Shown one piece after another: positions 42,308-51,724 of a stretch of DNA of 64,000 nucleotides. The stretch spans positions 7,143-71,142 of the forward strand of contig JAFSPN010000024.1 of NCBI GenBank assembly GCA_017442875.1, written 5' to 3'. Under the pieces are notes generated by a model. It worked only from the letters and a program-made list of their open reading frames with translations, did not search any database and was not told where the DNA came from. The number at the start of each line of letters is the position of its first letter. The stretch's first letter is position 1. The DNA comes from Bacilli bacterium. GTDB lineage: Bacteria; Bacillota_I; Bacilli_A; RFN20; CAG-826. Position numbers and translations under genes: made by a program.

Positions 42308-43366
42308 ATGAGAGATAGAACAAAAGAAATAATAAAAGACGGTTTCGCGAGTTTAGTTAATAACGCCGCGGCAATTAGAGGGGCAAAAGCAGGGCCACTA
42401 TGGTTAACCATAGTTATGTTTGTCTTGTCTGTCTTTCTTCCTGTTGTTCCAATCTTTGTTTCTAACATCAACACGAATGGCGACTCTTTCCTAAACAGTT
42501 ATTCCTATGGACTTGAAAGATATGTCACTAAAGTTGGTATGGATTTAGAAGATGAACTCTATAAATTCGGTATCGATAGCGAACATATGTTAACAATCAA
42601 AAAAGATGGTATTGATGTTGATTTTGATGCCTATGGCGCTACTAAACCACTTGCCTCTTATAAAGATCAAGTCACTAATGAATACACGCTTCAACTCTAT
42701 ATCAGCAGTGCAATTAAAACCGCTGATAAGAAAGAAGTTTATAACGACATTAGTAATAGATACTATGCAACTGGCTCGGACACCATGACAGAATATGATA
42801 AGAATGATGCCTCCGCTAGTTATCGTCCGAGTTATTTAATTCTTTTCAAAGACAGCGTTTTCATGCAAATTAATAAAGGTTCTAAAGCCATTAAGAATTC
42901 TTTAGGTGGCGACTATAAAACCATTAAAGAAAAAGATGATTATCTTGCTGAATTATTAACTGTCACAAGCAAAGAAGGCGTTTTAGTGGAACAAGATATC
43001 ACCAATAGAAGTTATACCGATGGTGTTTATAAAAACTTTAGAAGATTCTTAAATAAGTCTTATGAAACACTTAAAATTAGAAATACATTTGCTACTTCTG
43101 GTATCTACCTCGGTATCTTCTTTGGTTTATCAATTATCATGGGCTTCTTAATGTGGTTATTAACACGTGGTAAAAATAATCCAAATAACTACTATACACC
43201 ATGGCTCACAATGAAAATTCAAGGCCGTTTAGGTTTGGCCCCTGCTCTTATTACATTAATCGTTGGCTTCTTCTTAACAAGCTACGCTCCACTTATCTAC
43301 ATCATGGCCATCGGTCTAAGAGCGATGTGGATCTCAATGAAAGAGTTAAGACCAGTTCAACAATAA
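42308..43366 (+). CDS. Membrane protein, unknown function
   Basis: 352 aa: one N-proximal TM helix, a large loop, then C-terminal TM helices. Confidence 0.5.
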   Translation: MRDRTKEIIKDGFASLVNNAAAIRGAKAGPLWLTIVMFVLSVFLPVVPIFVSNINTNGDSFLNSYSYGLERYVTKVGMDLEDELYKFGIDSEHMLTIKKDGIDVDFDAYGATKPLASYKDQVTNEYTLQLYISSAIKTADKKEVYNDISNRYYATGSDTMTEYDKNDASASYRPSYLILFKDSVFMQINKGSKAIKNSLGGDYKTIKEKDDYLAELLTVTSKEGVLVEQDITNRSYTDGVYKNFRRFLNKSYETLKIRNTFATSGIYLGIFFGLSIIMGFLMWLLTRGKNNPNNYYTPWLTMKIQGRLGLAPALITLIVGFFLTSYAPLIYIMAIGLRAMWISMKELRPVQQ

Positions 43367-43708
43367 CTAGTCACCATAGTCACTACCACGTGATTTATCT
43401 TCCGCAAATATTTGTAAGGCATCGGTCACGTCAGTAATTTCTAAATAAATATAATTGTCGACATCTGTTAACGGATTCTCAAAGTTACCGGTGAAGACAA
43501 TTTTTTTATTCTTCTTCACGAGTTCTTCCATCTTATTGATAATCAAATGATATTTATCTGGGAAATGGTCTTTAAAACCCATCAGTTGGGTATAAAAGAC
43601 TGGTTCTAAATAAAAAGATTCACCACTTTCATATTCGTAAAGCGCACAAAAAGGATTACACGGGTCTTCTTTTTTCTTTAAATGTTTGAACTCTGGATAA
43701 TCTTTCAT
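43367..43708 (-). CDS. Hypothetical cytosolic protein
   Basis: 113 aa. Its ATG overlaps the rlmH stop (ATGA), implying translational coupling. Confidence 0.45.
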   Translation of the reverse strand: MKDYPEFKHLKKKEDPCNPFCALYEYESGESFYLEPVFYTQLMGFKDHFPDKYHLIINKMEELVKKNKKIVFTGNFENPLTDVDNYIYLEITDVTDALQIFAEDKSRGSDYGD

Positions 43709-44184
43709 TTGTGGTAAACCTCGTTTCTATTAATCTTAAAAGCGCGATATATTTGTTCTAATAGTATGAGTCTCGTCATTTGATGAAGGAATGTCATGTT
43801 TGATAAACCTATACGGTCATTACATCTATTTTTAAGTTCATCGCTTAAGCCATATGAACCACCGATAACAAATGATAGATTAGATCCACCTAAAACAAAC
43901 TTATCTTCTAAGTATTTAGCAAATTCTACACTAGTTGGTTGTTTCTTAACTAAATCTAAACCGACTAAATATTCATCGTTTTTTAATAGTTTAATCACTC
44001 TTTGGCATTCTTTGTCCTTAGCCATTTCGATTTCTTTTTGACTTGGATTATTAACGATGCTTTCATCATTGACTTCAATGATTTCCACTTGCGTGTATGG
44101 TTTTAGTCTTTCTAAATATTCATTAATACCTTGTTTTAAATAAGCATCTTTTAGATGACCAATCGCATATATTTTAATTTTCAT
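43705..44184 (-). CDS. rlmH: 23S rRNA (pseudouridine1915-N3)-methyltransferase
   Basis: MKIKIYAIG..., FVIGGSYGLS and LSNMTFLHQMTRLILLEQIYRA are SPOUT RlmH motifs. The internal ATG 44184 is preferred. Confidence 0.9.
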   Translation of the reverse strand: MKIKIYAIGHLKDAYLKQGINEYLERLKPYTQVEIIEVNDESIVNNPSQKEIEMAKDKECQRVIKLLKNDEYLVGLDLVKKQPTSVEFAKYLEDKFVLGGSNLSFVIGGSYGLSDELKNRCNDRIGLSNMTFLHQMTRLILLEQIYRAFKINRNEVYHK

Positions 44185-44932
44185 GAGGAATATGACCTCC
44201 TGAAAGCGATTTTCTTTGCCACGCTGTTCTAACGTTGTAGTTTTGAATATTAACACCAAAATGTTTGAATATTTTTTGATAAGCCTCTAAGGCTACTTCT
44301 GGCGTATTAGCCTCTTCCGAAAGATGGGCTAAAGTGATTTCTTTGGTGCTATTACCAATAATCGATATCACTGCGATCGCACTATCTTCATTACAGAGAT
44401 GTCCTTTATCAGACATAATGCGGTTTTTTAATTCAAATGTGCGATTAGTGTTTAAAAGCATCTTAATATCATGATTAGATTCAATGATGAGATAAGTTGG
44501 ATTTTTGACTAATGGCAAACACTCATCTAAAAAGACACCTGTATCCGTCATATAAAATAACGACTCATCTTTATCTTTAATTAAATACGCACATGGGTTA
44601 GTCGCGTCATGGCTTGTTTCAATCGGTGTAATTTCAAAATCACCAATTGTAAAAGGTTTATTAATATAAACAACATTTGATAATGAGGAAGGAAGCGTTC
44701 CTTCTAAGGCGTACATGATCTTTGGAGAAATGAATTTTAAGCCACTGATATGATCGGTATGGTCATGAGTGAATAAGGCACCCGTGATATCATTAACCGT
44801 TAAATTAACTTCGGCGAGTCCTTCTTCTAAACGCGATAAAGAAATACCCATATCAATGAGTATTACTGTTTTATTAGAAACTACGATTGTAGCGTTACCT
44901 TTAGAACCAGAAGCAATAATATGGTAATACAT
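44174..44932 (-). CDS. MBL-fold metallo-hydrolase (YycJ/WalJ-like)
   Basis: 252 aa with the THDHTDH motif and SGSKGNAT near the N-terminus. Confidence 0.8.
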   Translation of the reverse strand: MYYHIIASGSKGNATIVVSNKTVILIDMGISLSRLEEGLAEVNLTVNDITGALFTHDHTDHISGLKFISPKIMYALEGTLPSSLSNVVYINKPFTIGDFEITPIETSHDATNPCAYLIKDKDESLFYMTDTGVFLDECLPLVKNPTYLIIESNHDIKMLLNTNRTFELKNRIMSDKGHLCNEDSAIAVISIIGNSTKEITLAHLSEEANTPEVALEAYQKIFKHFGVNIQNYNVRTAWQRKSLSGGHIPHEN

Positions 44933-46431
44933 TAGTTCGCCGCGTTTTCATTAATCTCGCGCATTTGCTTGAGCCATTCTTCACTTGGTTCATCAAATCG
45001 ACCAAAGGATTTATAGAAGAATAAATATGATTTACCGGTTTGACCGTTTCTATTTTTAGCGATGTTAACTTCGACGAAGGAAACATCACCCACCATGGAT
45101 TCACCAGTATTTCTTTCTTTTTGTTCTTTAACCATTTCAAAACGTTCGCTACCGGTGAGGTTTTTCATCTTCTTATCACCAGCATTGCTATTTGGACTCT
45201 TGGAGTCTTTATAATAGTCTTCACGGTATAAAAGCATGACGACGTCAGCGTCTTGTTCGATAGAACCAGAGTCTCTTAAGTCAGAGAGGATTGGGCGTTT
45301 ATTTTCACCACGTTGTTCAACAGAACGAGATAACTGTGATACAACAATAACAGGCACTTTTAATTCACGGGCTAAAGCCTTTAGGGCTAAGGATGCTTTT
45401 CTTACTTCTTCTTGACGCGAATCACTGCTCTTGGTGTTACCAGAAGAAACTAGACCTAAATAGTCAACAATGATTAAACCTAAATCAGGTTCTTTGGCTT
45501 GGAGTTTTCTACTCTTAGCGATGATGTCCATTAACTTACCGTTTGGGGAATCATCAATCCAAATTGGTAAACTACCGATTTTATAAATCGCATTAGCGAC
45601 TTTTGCCCTATCAACACCCACTAAGTTACCTGTTGTAATTTTACTTAATGAAACGGATGATTCGGTGCCCACTAAACGGGTAACGAGTTGCTCCGCTGGC
45701 ATTTCTAGAGAAAATATAGCGACTGGTTTATTAGTACGATTAGCGGCTCTATAAGCAAAGTTAAGGGCTAAGGCTGTTTTACCAACAGAAGGACGAGCGG
45801 CAACAATAATCATGTCGCCAGCGTGGAAACCTTGGGTAATTTTATTGATAGAATCAAAACCAGTAGTTAAACCATTAACACCATCGGTTTTAATCTCTTT
45901 TGGTGTTTCGATATTTAATCGCACTGCTTCGGCCACTTGTTCGGCTTTTTTAAATTCTGAGACTCTTCTTTTTTCAGTAGCGTCTTTAAGTAACTTTTCG
46001 CTATCAGCGATAAAGCCATTTACATCATCAATTTCTTCGTTTAAGAACTTATAATCGATATCTCGACATGATTGAATTAATTTCCTTAAAGCGGATTGGT
46101 CATTAACAATGTTAATGTAATAATCAATTGATGAAAGAGCAACCATTGCGTCGGAGCATTGTTGAAGGTATTCAACACCACCGATGGTTTCAAGTTCCTT
46201 CATATTCATTAATTCTTCAGTAACAGTTAAAACATCAACCGCGGATTGTTTATCGAATAAGTTTCTAATCGCACGATAGATGAGTTGATGTTTACCTAAA
46301 TAGAAGTCATCTTCATTTAAAGATGAAAAGACGGTAAATAAGCAGTCTCTACTTAATAAAGCGGAGCCTAAAACAGCTTGTTCAGCTTGTTCGTTATATG
46401 GAAGATCTCTTTGACCTTTAGGACGCGCCAT
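44932..46431 (-). CDS. dnaB: Replicative DNA helicase
   Basis: 499 aa with Walker A ARPSVGKT and SQLSR. It is the DnaB family, with an insertion of about 45 aa before the last conserved block. Confidence 0.95.
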   Translation of the reverse strand: MARPKGQRDLPYNEQAEQAVLGSALLSRDCLFTVFSSLNEDDFYLGKHQLIYRAIRNLFDKQSAVDVLTVTEELMNMKELETIGGVEYLQQCSDAMVALSSIDYYINIVNDQSALRKLIQSCRDIDYKFLNEEIDDVNGFIADSEKLLKDATEKRRVSEFKKAEQVAEAVRLNIETPKEIKTDGVNGLTTGFDSINKITQGFHAGDMIIVAARPSVGKTALALNFAYRAANRTNKPVAIFSLEMPAEQLVTRLVGTESSVSLSKITTGNLVGVDRAKVANAIYKIGSLPIWIDDSPNGKLMDIIAKSRKLQAKEPDLGLIIVDYLGLVSSGNTKSSDSRQEEVRKASLALKALARELKVPVIVVSQLSRSVEQRGENKRPILSDLRDSGSIEQDADVVMLLYREDYYKDSKSPNSNAGDKKMKNLTGSERFEMVKEQKERNTGESMVGDVSFVEVNIAKNRNGQTGKSYLFFYKSFGRFDEPSEEWLKQMREINENAAN

Positions 46432-46432
46432 A

Positions 46433-46885
46433 TTACTTACCCTCCTCTTCTAAATGAACATGGACTTTACCGATAACACCTTTATATAACTCGACTCCTA
46501 AATGATGGAAACCGAGTTGATCAAGGGGACCTTTGTCCACGAATTTTCTTTTATCGACATCAATAGAATATTGTTTATTTAATTCTTCGGCGACTTGCTT
46601 TAAAGAAATCGCACCAAATAATTTGCCTTCTCGACCAGTTTTTACTTTAAAAGTAATGATGATACCATCTAATCTTTTAGCCAAAGCTTCGGCTTCCGCT
46701 TTCATTTTGGCATCGTTTTCTCTTCTTTCTTCTTGTTGGTTTTCTAAAACTTCAACGCTCTTTTTGGTCACTTGTACCGCTAAATGACGAGGAAAAAGAA
46801 AGTTATTAGCGTAGCCATCGCTAACTTCGATAGTTTGATCTTTTTTGCCGAGTTTTTTAACATCGGCTAATAAAATAACTTTCAT
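46433..46885 (-). CDS. rplI: 50S ribosomal protein L9
   Basis: MKVILLADVKKLGKKDQTIEVSDGYANNFLFP is the L9 N-terminal signature. ATG 46885 is preferred over the longer ORF. Confidence 0.9.
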   Translation of the reverse strand: MKVILLADVKKLGKKDQTIEVSDGYANNFLFPRHLAVQVTKKSVEVLENQQEERRENDAKMKAEAEALAKRLDGIIITFKVKTGREGKLFGAISLKQVAEELNKQYSIDVDKRKFVDKGPLDQLGFHHLGVELYKGVIGKVHVHLEEEGK

Positions 46886-46889
46886 CGCA

Positions 46890-48926
46890 TTAATCCTCCT
46901 CGTTATTCTTTGGTAATCCGGCATTAGTGGCTTCAGTTAATGAAGACTCTAAGACCATCAATATCTTTTGTTTGACGACTTTCATGTCGTTACCGTTGAA
47001 TGTCGCAGCAGCTGAGGTGAAATGACCACCACCACCGAGCTTCTCGGTTAATAAGGAGACATTTATTGTGCCATCGCTACGAGCGGATAATCTGATTTCA
47101 CGTTGGCTGACTTTGCCGAAGACGAATGAGGCGTGAACACCTTTATAGGTGAGACACATATTAGCCGCTTTAGCGATTGTAGCATGGTCATATAAACGAT
47201 CTGGATTAGCGGTTGCAATAACAACGCCATAGAATGGTGTTTCTAAGTTAGAAGTAATTTCTGAGACTTCTTTATGTTCTTCATAATCGTCTTTAAGGAA
47301 GTCATCCGCTAAAGAGTTATCAGCGCCATATTCCTTAAGAATAGTGGCCGCTTCAAATGTTCTAATACCAGTATTTCTACTCTTGAAATAAGCGCTATCA
47401 AGGAAGATACCAGATAGCATAATTGTGGCGTATGTGCTTGGAAGTTCAATTCTTGGGTTAATAGACGAGAATCTAATAAATTCGGAAATTAATTCACAAG
47501 TTGAAGATGCGGCTGGATCGATATGGTTAAAGACAGGAGAATCGATATATTCTTCTGCACGTCTATGGTGGTCGATGACAACGATTTTAGCGGCCTTGTC
47601 CACTAGTTTTGGTGCCATAACCATATTTGGAATGTGGACATCCACGACCACTAATAATGTATTACCGTTAATTAAATCTTCAGCGTCTTTCGAACTGACG
47701 ATTAACTTTTCCAATTCATCTTTACTAAATGAAGAAGTCAAAGCCGCTCTTGTTTTGGCTTCGGTATTTTTCAAATCAACGACGACGAAAGAATTCTTCT
47801 TTAAACGTGCACAGATGGCTTTCATACCTAAACAGGCACCAAAGGCATCCATGTCCATCATCGCATGGCCCATAATGAGGACGCGTTCAGAAGCGTTGAT
47901 TAAAGAGATAAGGGAGTCAGCAAGAACACGAGTTTTAACTCTATTACGTTTTTCTTGAGCTTCGCTTTTACCACCATAGAATTTCATTTCTTGTCCATAA
48001 GCGGAAACAACAACTTGGTCACCACCACGAGACATAGCGATGTCTAAAGCATCATTAGCTAAATCGTTTAATTTATTAACATCTGGGAAATCATGAGCAA
48101 TACCGATTGATAGAGTTAATGGGATTTCACCACGGGTGGATTCACCACGCACCTTATCAATAATTGAAAATTTATCTTCGAGCATTCTAGTAAATGAAGC
48201 GTAGTTACAAAGCATTGAATAACTATCATCTTTAAGTCTTCTTAAGAGGATGCCATAGTCTTTAGCGTAGCCAAAGATATCATTTTTAACTTTGGTAACG
48301 ACGTCATTAAAGTCATCATCGCCACGGACAACGTCATCATAGTTATCAATCGCTAAGATGCCAACGACAGGGGCTTGTTCTTTGGAATAGTTAAAGATTT
48401 GTTCGTAGTCAGTTATATCTTTAAAAATCCATAAGCCCGCCTCTGGAAGCAACTTAACAGCGTAGGTTCTTGAGTTAACTACTACTTTAACGCTTTGTTC
48501 GCCATTATTAACTTCTCTAAGCGCGGTTAATTCTGGTTGCCAGGCAATGATATCCATATCCATGATCTCGATATGTCTAGCTTTAAATAAATCATTTGTC
48601 CAGAGGACAACATTCTTATCATCAGTAATGGCTAAACCAATCATCGCAAAGTTATAGGCTTCTTGAATATCACCGCCTATTACTTCTGCGGCCCTTAGGT
48701 CCGTCTTTTGTCTTAATGAAGAGAGCAATAAAATCACAATCCAAACGAATAAGCAGTTAATCACTAAGATAGCTATAGATACTAAAGCGATATAAAACGG
48801 AGTAACTTTAGTTTGGAATTCAAAGAAATTATTAAAATAGAGAATAGAGAAAGCCGCTCCAAAGATGATTTCTAGGAGGATGATAATAAAAGCAACAGTC
48901 TTGATTCTCTTAATGGTTTTTCCCAT
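46890..48926 (-). CDS. gdpP: Cyclic-di-AMP phosphodiesterase GdpP (2 TM, PAS-like, degenerate GGDEF, DHH/DHHA1)
   Basis: DHH motifs (MGHAMMDMDAFGA, VIDHHRR), GGGH in DHHA1, and the conserved gdpP-rplI-dnaB synteny. ATG 48926 (MGKTIK) is preferred. Confidence 0.9.
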   Translation of the reverse strand: MGKTIKRIKTVAFIIILLEIIFGAAFSILYFNNFFEFQTKVTPFYIALVSIAILVINCLFVWIVILLLSSLRQKTDLRAAEVIGGDIQEAYNFAMIGLAITDDKNVVLWTNDLFKARHIEIMDMDIIAWQPELTALREVNNGEQSVKVVVNSRTYAVKLLPEAGLWIFKDITDYEQIFNYSKEQAPVVGILAIDNYDDVVRGDDDFNDVVTKVKNDIFGYAKDYGILLRRLKDDSYSMLCNYASFTRMLEDKFSIIDKVRGESTRGEIPLTLSIGIAHDFPDVNKLNDLANDALDIAMSRGGDQVVVSAYGQEMKFYGGKSEAQEKRNRVKTRVLADSLISLINASERVLIMGHAMMDMDAFGACLGMKAICARLKKNSFVVVDLKNTEAKTRAALTSSFSKDELEKLIVSSKDAEDLINGNTLLVVVDVHIPNMVMAPKLVDKAAKIVVIDHHRRAEEYIDSPVFNHIDPAASSTCELISEFIRFSSINPRIELPSTYATIMLSGIFLDSAYFKSRNTGIRTFEAATILKEYGADNSLADDFLKDDYEEHKEVSEITSNLETPFYGVVIATANPDRLYDHATIAKAANMCLTYKGVHASFVFGKVSQREIRLSARSDGTINVSLLTEKLGGGGHFTSAAATFNGNDMKVVKQKILMVLESSLTEATNAGLPKNNEED

Positions 48927-49084
48927 AGTGCCATTATTATAAACAAAGTTTAATAAATAATAAATACAAAAAAGCAAAGCAATTTGTATTTATTAACCTC
49001 AAATTTGCTTCGCTTATATCTTACTGTTGTTGTGCTAGTATTATAGACCAGTTTTTTAATAATGCCTAATAAAATATTAGAAAT

Positions 49085-49594
49085 CTAAAATAGCGTTGAT
49101 ATTTCGGCCAAATATTTCTGTTCTCTTTTCTTTTTATATCGCTTAGAACAAACAATTTCTCTTAAATAAATGGTCTTATCAGCGTTAGAAATTATCCTCG
49201 CTTCTTTGGTTTTAGGAAATTCTTTAAAATTAACTGGCCACATATGAGACTCAATGACCTTTTTAATCTTAGGTGAGATATTAAAATCCCTCATGGCGTT
49301 TTGCGCAGCGGTATAAGGATGGGAACCCATATGATGTTTCATTTTTGAATGGTCATTTCGCCAATCATAAAGGTAGTAATCATGAAGGATAGAACCTAGC
49401 AAAATCACGTACAGGTCGCCTCTTTTGTGTCTTAAAGCCCTCTTAATAGCGAGCTTAGCGACCTTAAAAGAATGGATATAACAGTTCGATCCACGATGCA
49501 TTGAAATCTCTTTCATTTTTAAGATTTTTTCATCGTGGAGGAATGTTTGATAGATGGTTTCTAATTCCTTTTTTCTTTCTTCAGTTAATTCCAT
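49085..49594 (-). CDS. HD-domain phosphohydrolase
   Basis: 169 aa with H...HD (SILHDYY) and further His/Asp metal ligands. Confidence 0.65.
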   Translation of the reverse strand: MELTEERKKELETIYQTFLHDEKILKMKEISMHRGSNCYIHSFKVAKLAIKRALRHKRGDLYVILLGSILHDYYLYDWRNDHSKMKHHMGSHPYTAAQNAMRDFNISPKIKKVIESHMWPVNFKEFPKTKEARIISNADKTIYLREIVCSKRYKKKREQKYLAEISTLF

Positions 49595-49630
49595 ATTTCT
49601 ATTTAAACATATTTTATTGTTTAAATCATA

Positions 49631-50089
49631 TTATCTTTTCGCTAAATATATCCTTATTCCTTCTTTTAGTATTTCTGTTGCAAATATTTCATTCCCCATC
49701 ATTTGCCTGTGAGTGTGGATATCAACCTCTTTTTTTAAGTGTTCTTCCAAAGTAGCGGCTATGGCAAAGAATCTCATGCCCATAGCTGGACATACAACCA
49801 ATATATCAATATCGCTATCTGAAGTTGCTTCGCCCCTTGCATAACTGCCGAACAAATAAGCACATTCAACTTCAGGGAATTGTGATAAGACATCCTTACA
49901 AACACTTTTTATATATCCAAGGCTAAGCACACTGGCACTGCTAAGTTTTTTAACTAAATCATTATATTTCTGACTGTTGTCACTTAATTCTTCATAGGTT
50001 TGGTATGTTCTGCGAGAAATACCACAGACGTTTGCGGCTTGTATTTGTGTTAGTCCTAATTCTTTTCTTTTTTGCTTTAGTAGATTCAT
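49631..50089 (-). CDS. HTH (XRE) - minimal nucleotidyltransferase (MNT-like) fusion protein
   Basis: LLKQKRKELGLTQIQAANVCGISRRTYQTYE is an HTH. YLFGSYARGEATSDSDIDILV is a Pol-beta NTase GS..D.D motif. ATG 50089 sits 6 nt after a TATAAT box, so the mRNA would be leaderless; the longer ORF start is at 50110. Confidence 0.6.
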   Translation of the reverse strand: MNLLKQKRKELGLTQIQAANVCGISRRTYQTYEELSDNSQKYNDLVKKLSSASVLSLGYIKSVCKDVLSQFPEVECAYLFGSYARGEATSDSDIDILVVCPAMGMRFFAIAATLEEHLKKEVDIHTHRQMMGNEIFATEILKEGIRIYLAKR

Positions 50090-50166
50090 GCTTTTATTAT
50101 ATCTGCGCATTTTATTTTGCGCAACTACAACAGAAAGCGTTTTTAAAGAAAAAGTGGCACCACCAC

Positions 50167-50823
50167 TTATTCTTTATTGTCTTCCTCTTTTGGAGCTTCT
50201 TCCAAAGGAACTTCTTCTTGAGGCAATTCTGCTTGTTCGGTGACTGCCTTTTTCTTTTTCGAATCAACAATAAAGAACGCTAATGCAACAAAGAAGCCTG
50301 CACCAAATAAACCAATAACGAAGTACGGAGATTGGATAAATGACACAAAGGCACCTGCTTTAGGAACAACATTGATTACTTTGCCTCTTACGTAAGAATA
50401 TTTAACTGGAGCATCGATTGTTGAGTTTGCATCACCCTTGAAAACAACATACTTCTCGCCATTTTCTTCATATTTATCCACCACTCTGTGGCAGATTAAT
50501 AAGGACTTACCTGAATAATATGTTGCGACATCATAAATCTTAATCTCGTCGAAACTTTGATATTGTCTGGTAGTAATGACATCGTCCTTTTGAATCTGTT
50601 TCATGTCACTAGTTATATAGCTTTCATTTGCAGGATTCACTGTCGCCATTGATGGAGAAGTAATAACAGAGGTTCTTAAACCAAAGATTGGATACCTGTA
50701 TCCAGATCTGATATCGATAAAAGTAATCACAACAACGGCAAGCATTAAAGATAGCACTGTGAAAAATGCTATATTTAGCACTAATCTTGTTTTACTCTTT
50801 TTAGCCTTGTTCTCGTTTTCCAT
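50167..50823 (-). CDS. sipW: Signal peptidase I, SipW (ER/archaeal) type
   Basis: SPSM (Ser box), LICHRVV (His box), FKGDANSTID, and both an N-terminal and a C-terminal TM helix. No Ser/Lys LepB-type boxes were seen. Confidence 0.7.
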   Translation of the reverse strand: MENENKAKKSKTRLVLNIAFFTVLSLMLAVVVITFIDIRSGYRYPIFGLRTSVITSPSMATVNPANESYITSDMKQIQKDDVITTRQYQSFDEIKIYDVATYYSGKSLLICHRVVDKYEENGEKYVVFKGDANSTIDAPVKYSYVRGKVINVVPKAGAFVSFIQSPYFVIGLFGAGFFVALAFFIVDSKKKKAVTEQAELPQEEVPLEEAPKEEDNKE

Positions 50824-50824
50824 A

Positions 50825-51628
50825 TTAGATTGTCGACCAGTTATTGTCATCGGAACTATCCCAAGCACCATTCGGGACAGTATAGCAATTTCTTAAATCA
50901 TCGAGATTTAATGACAAATCTCCTGTTTGGTTCCACTTAACACCTTCGTTAAAGTTGTTATCCGCTGTTCCAGGATTCATTCTGCAGAAGATGACGTTTG
51001 TATAACCACCATCAGGAATACTCACTTCGTAGGTTCCATCGCTATCGGTATCAGCCATGCTAACCCAGGTATTCCCACCATCTTTAAAGAAATACGCAGC
51101 GAAACGGGCGCTATCTTGTGTCCAGTTCGAATTAGGCGTTAGATATAGCTTTGTTTTATCAGCCATGGCGTATGCTTCGGTAGAACCGTTATTAAAAAGT
51201 TTGAAATAGAAAGTATAAGTACTTTCGCTCATTGGAATGATGTAATTGCCATCCAAAGAAGGCGTTATATTATTGTCCCCATTCCATTTATCTTTATAAG
51301 TTGATGAATAGAAGTTTCCGTACTCATCAGCAAATTTTATTTCATCATCCTTATTAAGAGAAACACCAGAAATAGTAAATTCTTTAACTTTTCCTTCTTC
51401 AGGAGACATGGTATTTGTCATATCTGTTAATTTGTTTCCGTTTAATTGAGCCCAAGCTGGTGTCGTAAAAGAACCTCTTAAATAGAGATCTGGGAAAACA
51501 CCTTCAAAAGCAACTGCAATACTGTTGCCCATATTTTGGTAAAGAGCAAAGCTCTTACCAATTGAGGCAGTAACTAATATCGCACATGCTGGGAGCAATA
51601 TAAGCGGAAATAATTTCCTGTTGTTCAT
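50825..51628 (-). CDS. Secreted protein with SipW-type signal peptide and two starch-binding-module-like domains (P3)
   Basis: The signal is MNNRKLFPLILLPACAILVTASIGKSFALYQNMG. The patterns LYLRGSF..W...EIKF and NW..SARFAAYFF..W..M...YEVSIP..NVIFCR..WNQTGDL resemble CBM48/20-like and CBM25/26-like modules (pattern recall only). Confidence 0.55.
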   Translation of the reverse strand: MNNRKLFPLILLPACAILVTASIGKSFALYQNMGNSIAVAFEGVFPDLYLRGSFTTPAWAQLNGNKLTDMTNTMSPEEGKVKEFTISGVSLNKDDEIKFADEYGNFYSSTYKDKWNGDNNITPSLDGNYIIPMSESTYTFYFKLFNNGSTEAYAMADKTKLYLTPNSNWTQDSARFAAYFFKDGGNTWVSMADTDSDGTYEVSIPDGGYTNVIFCRMNPGTADNNFNEGVKWNQTGDLSLNLDDLRNCYTVPNGAWDSSDDNNWSTI

Positions 51629-51724
51629 AATTCTGTTTCGTTTAATAACACATCAGCAAGATCAAATCTTGGACAGATAAGGCCTATTAAGGTTGCCTTT
51701 TTCAGTCTTACCTTTAGTTTTTAA

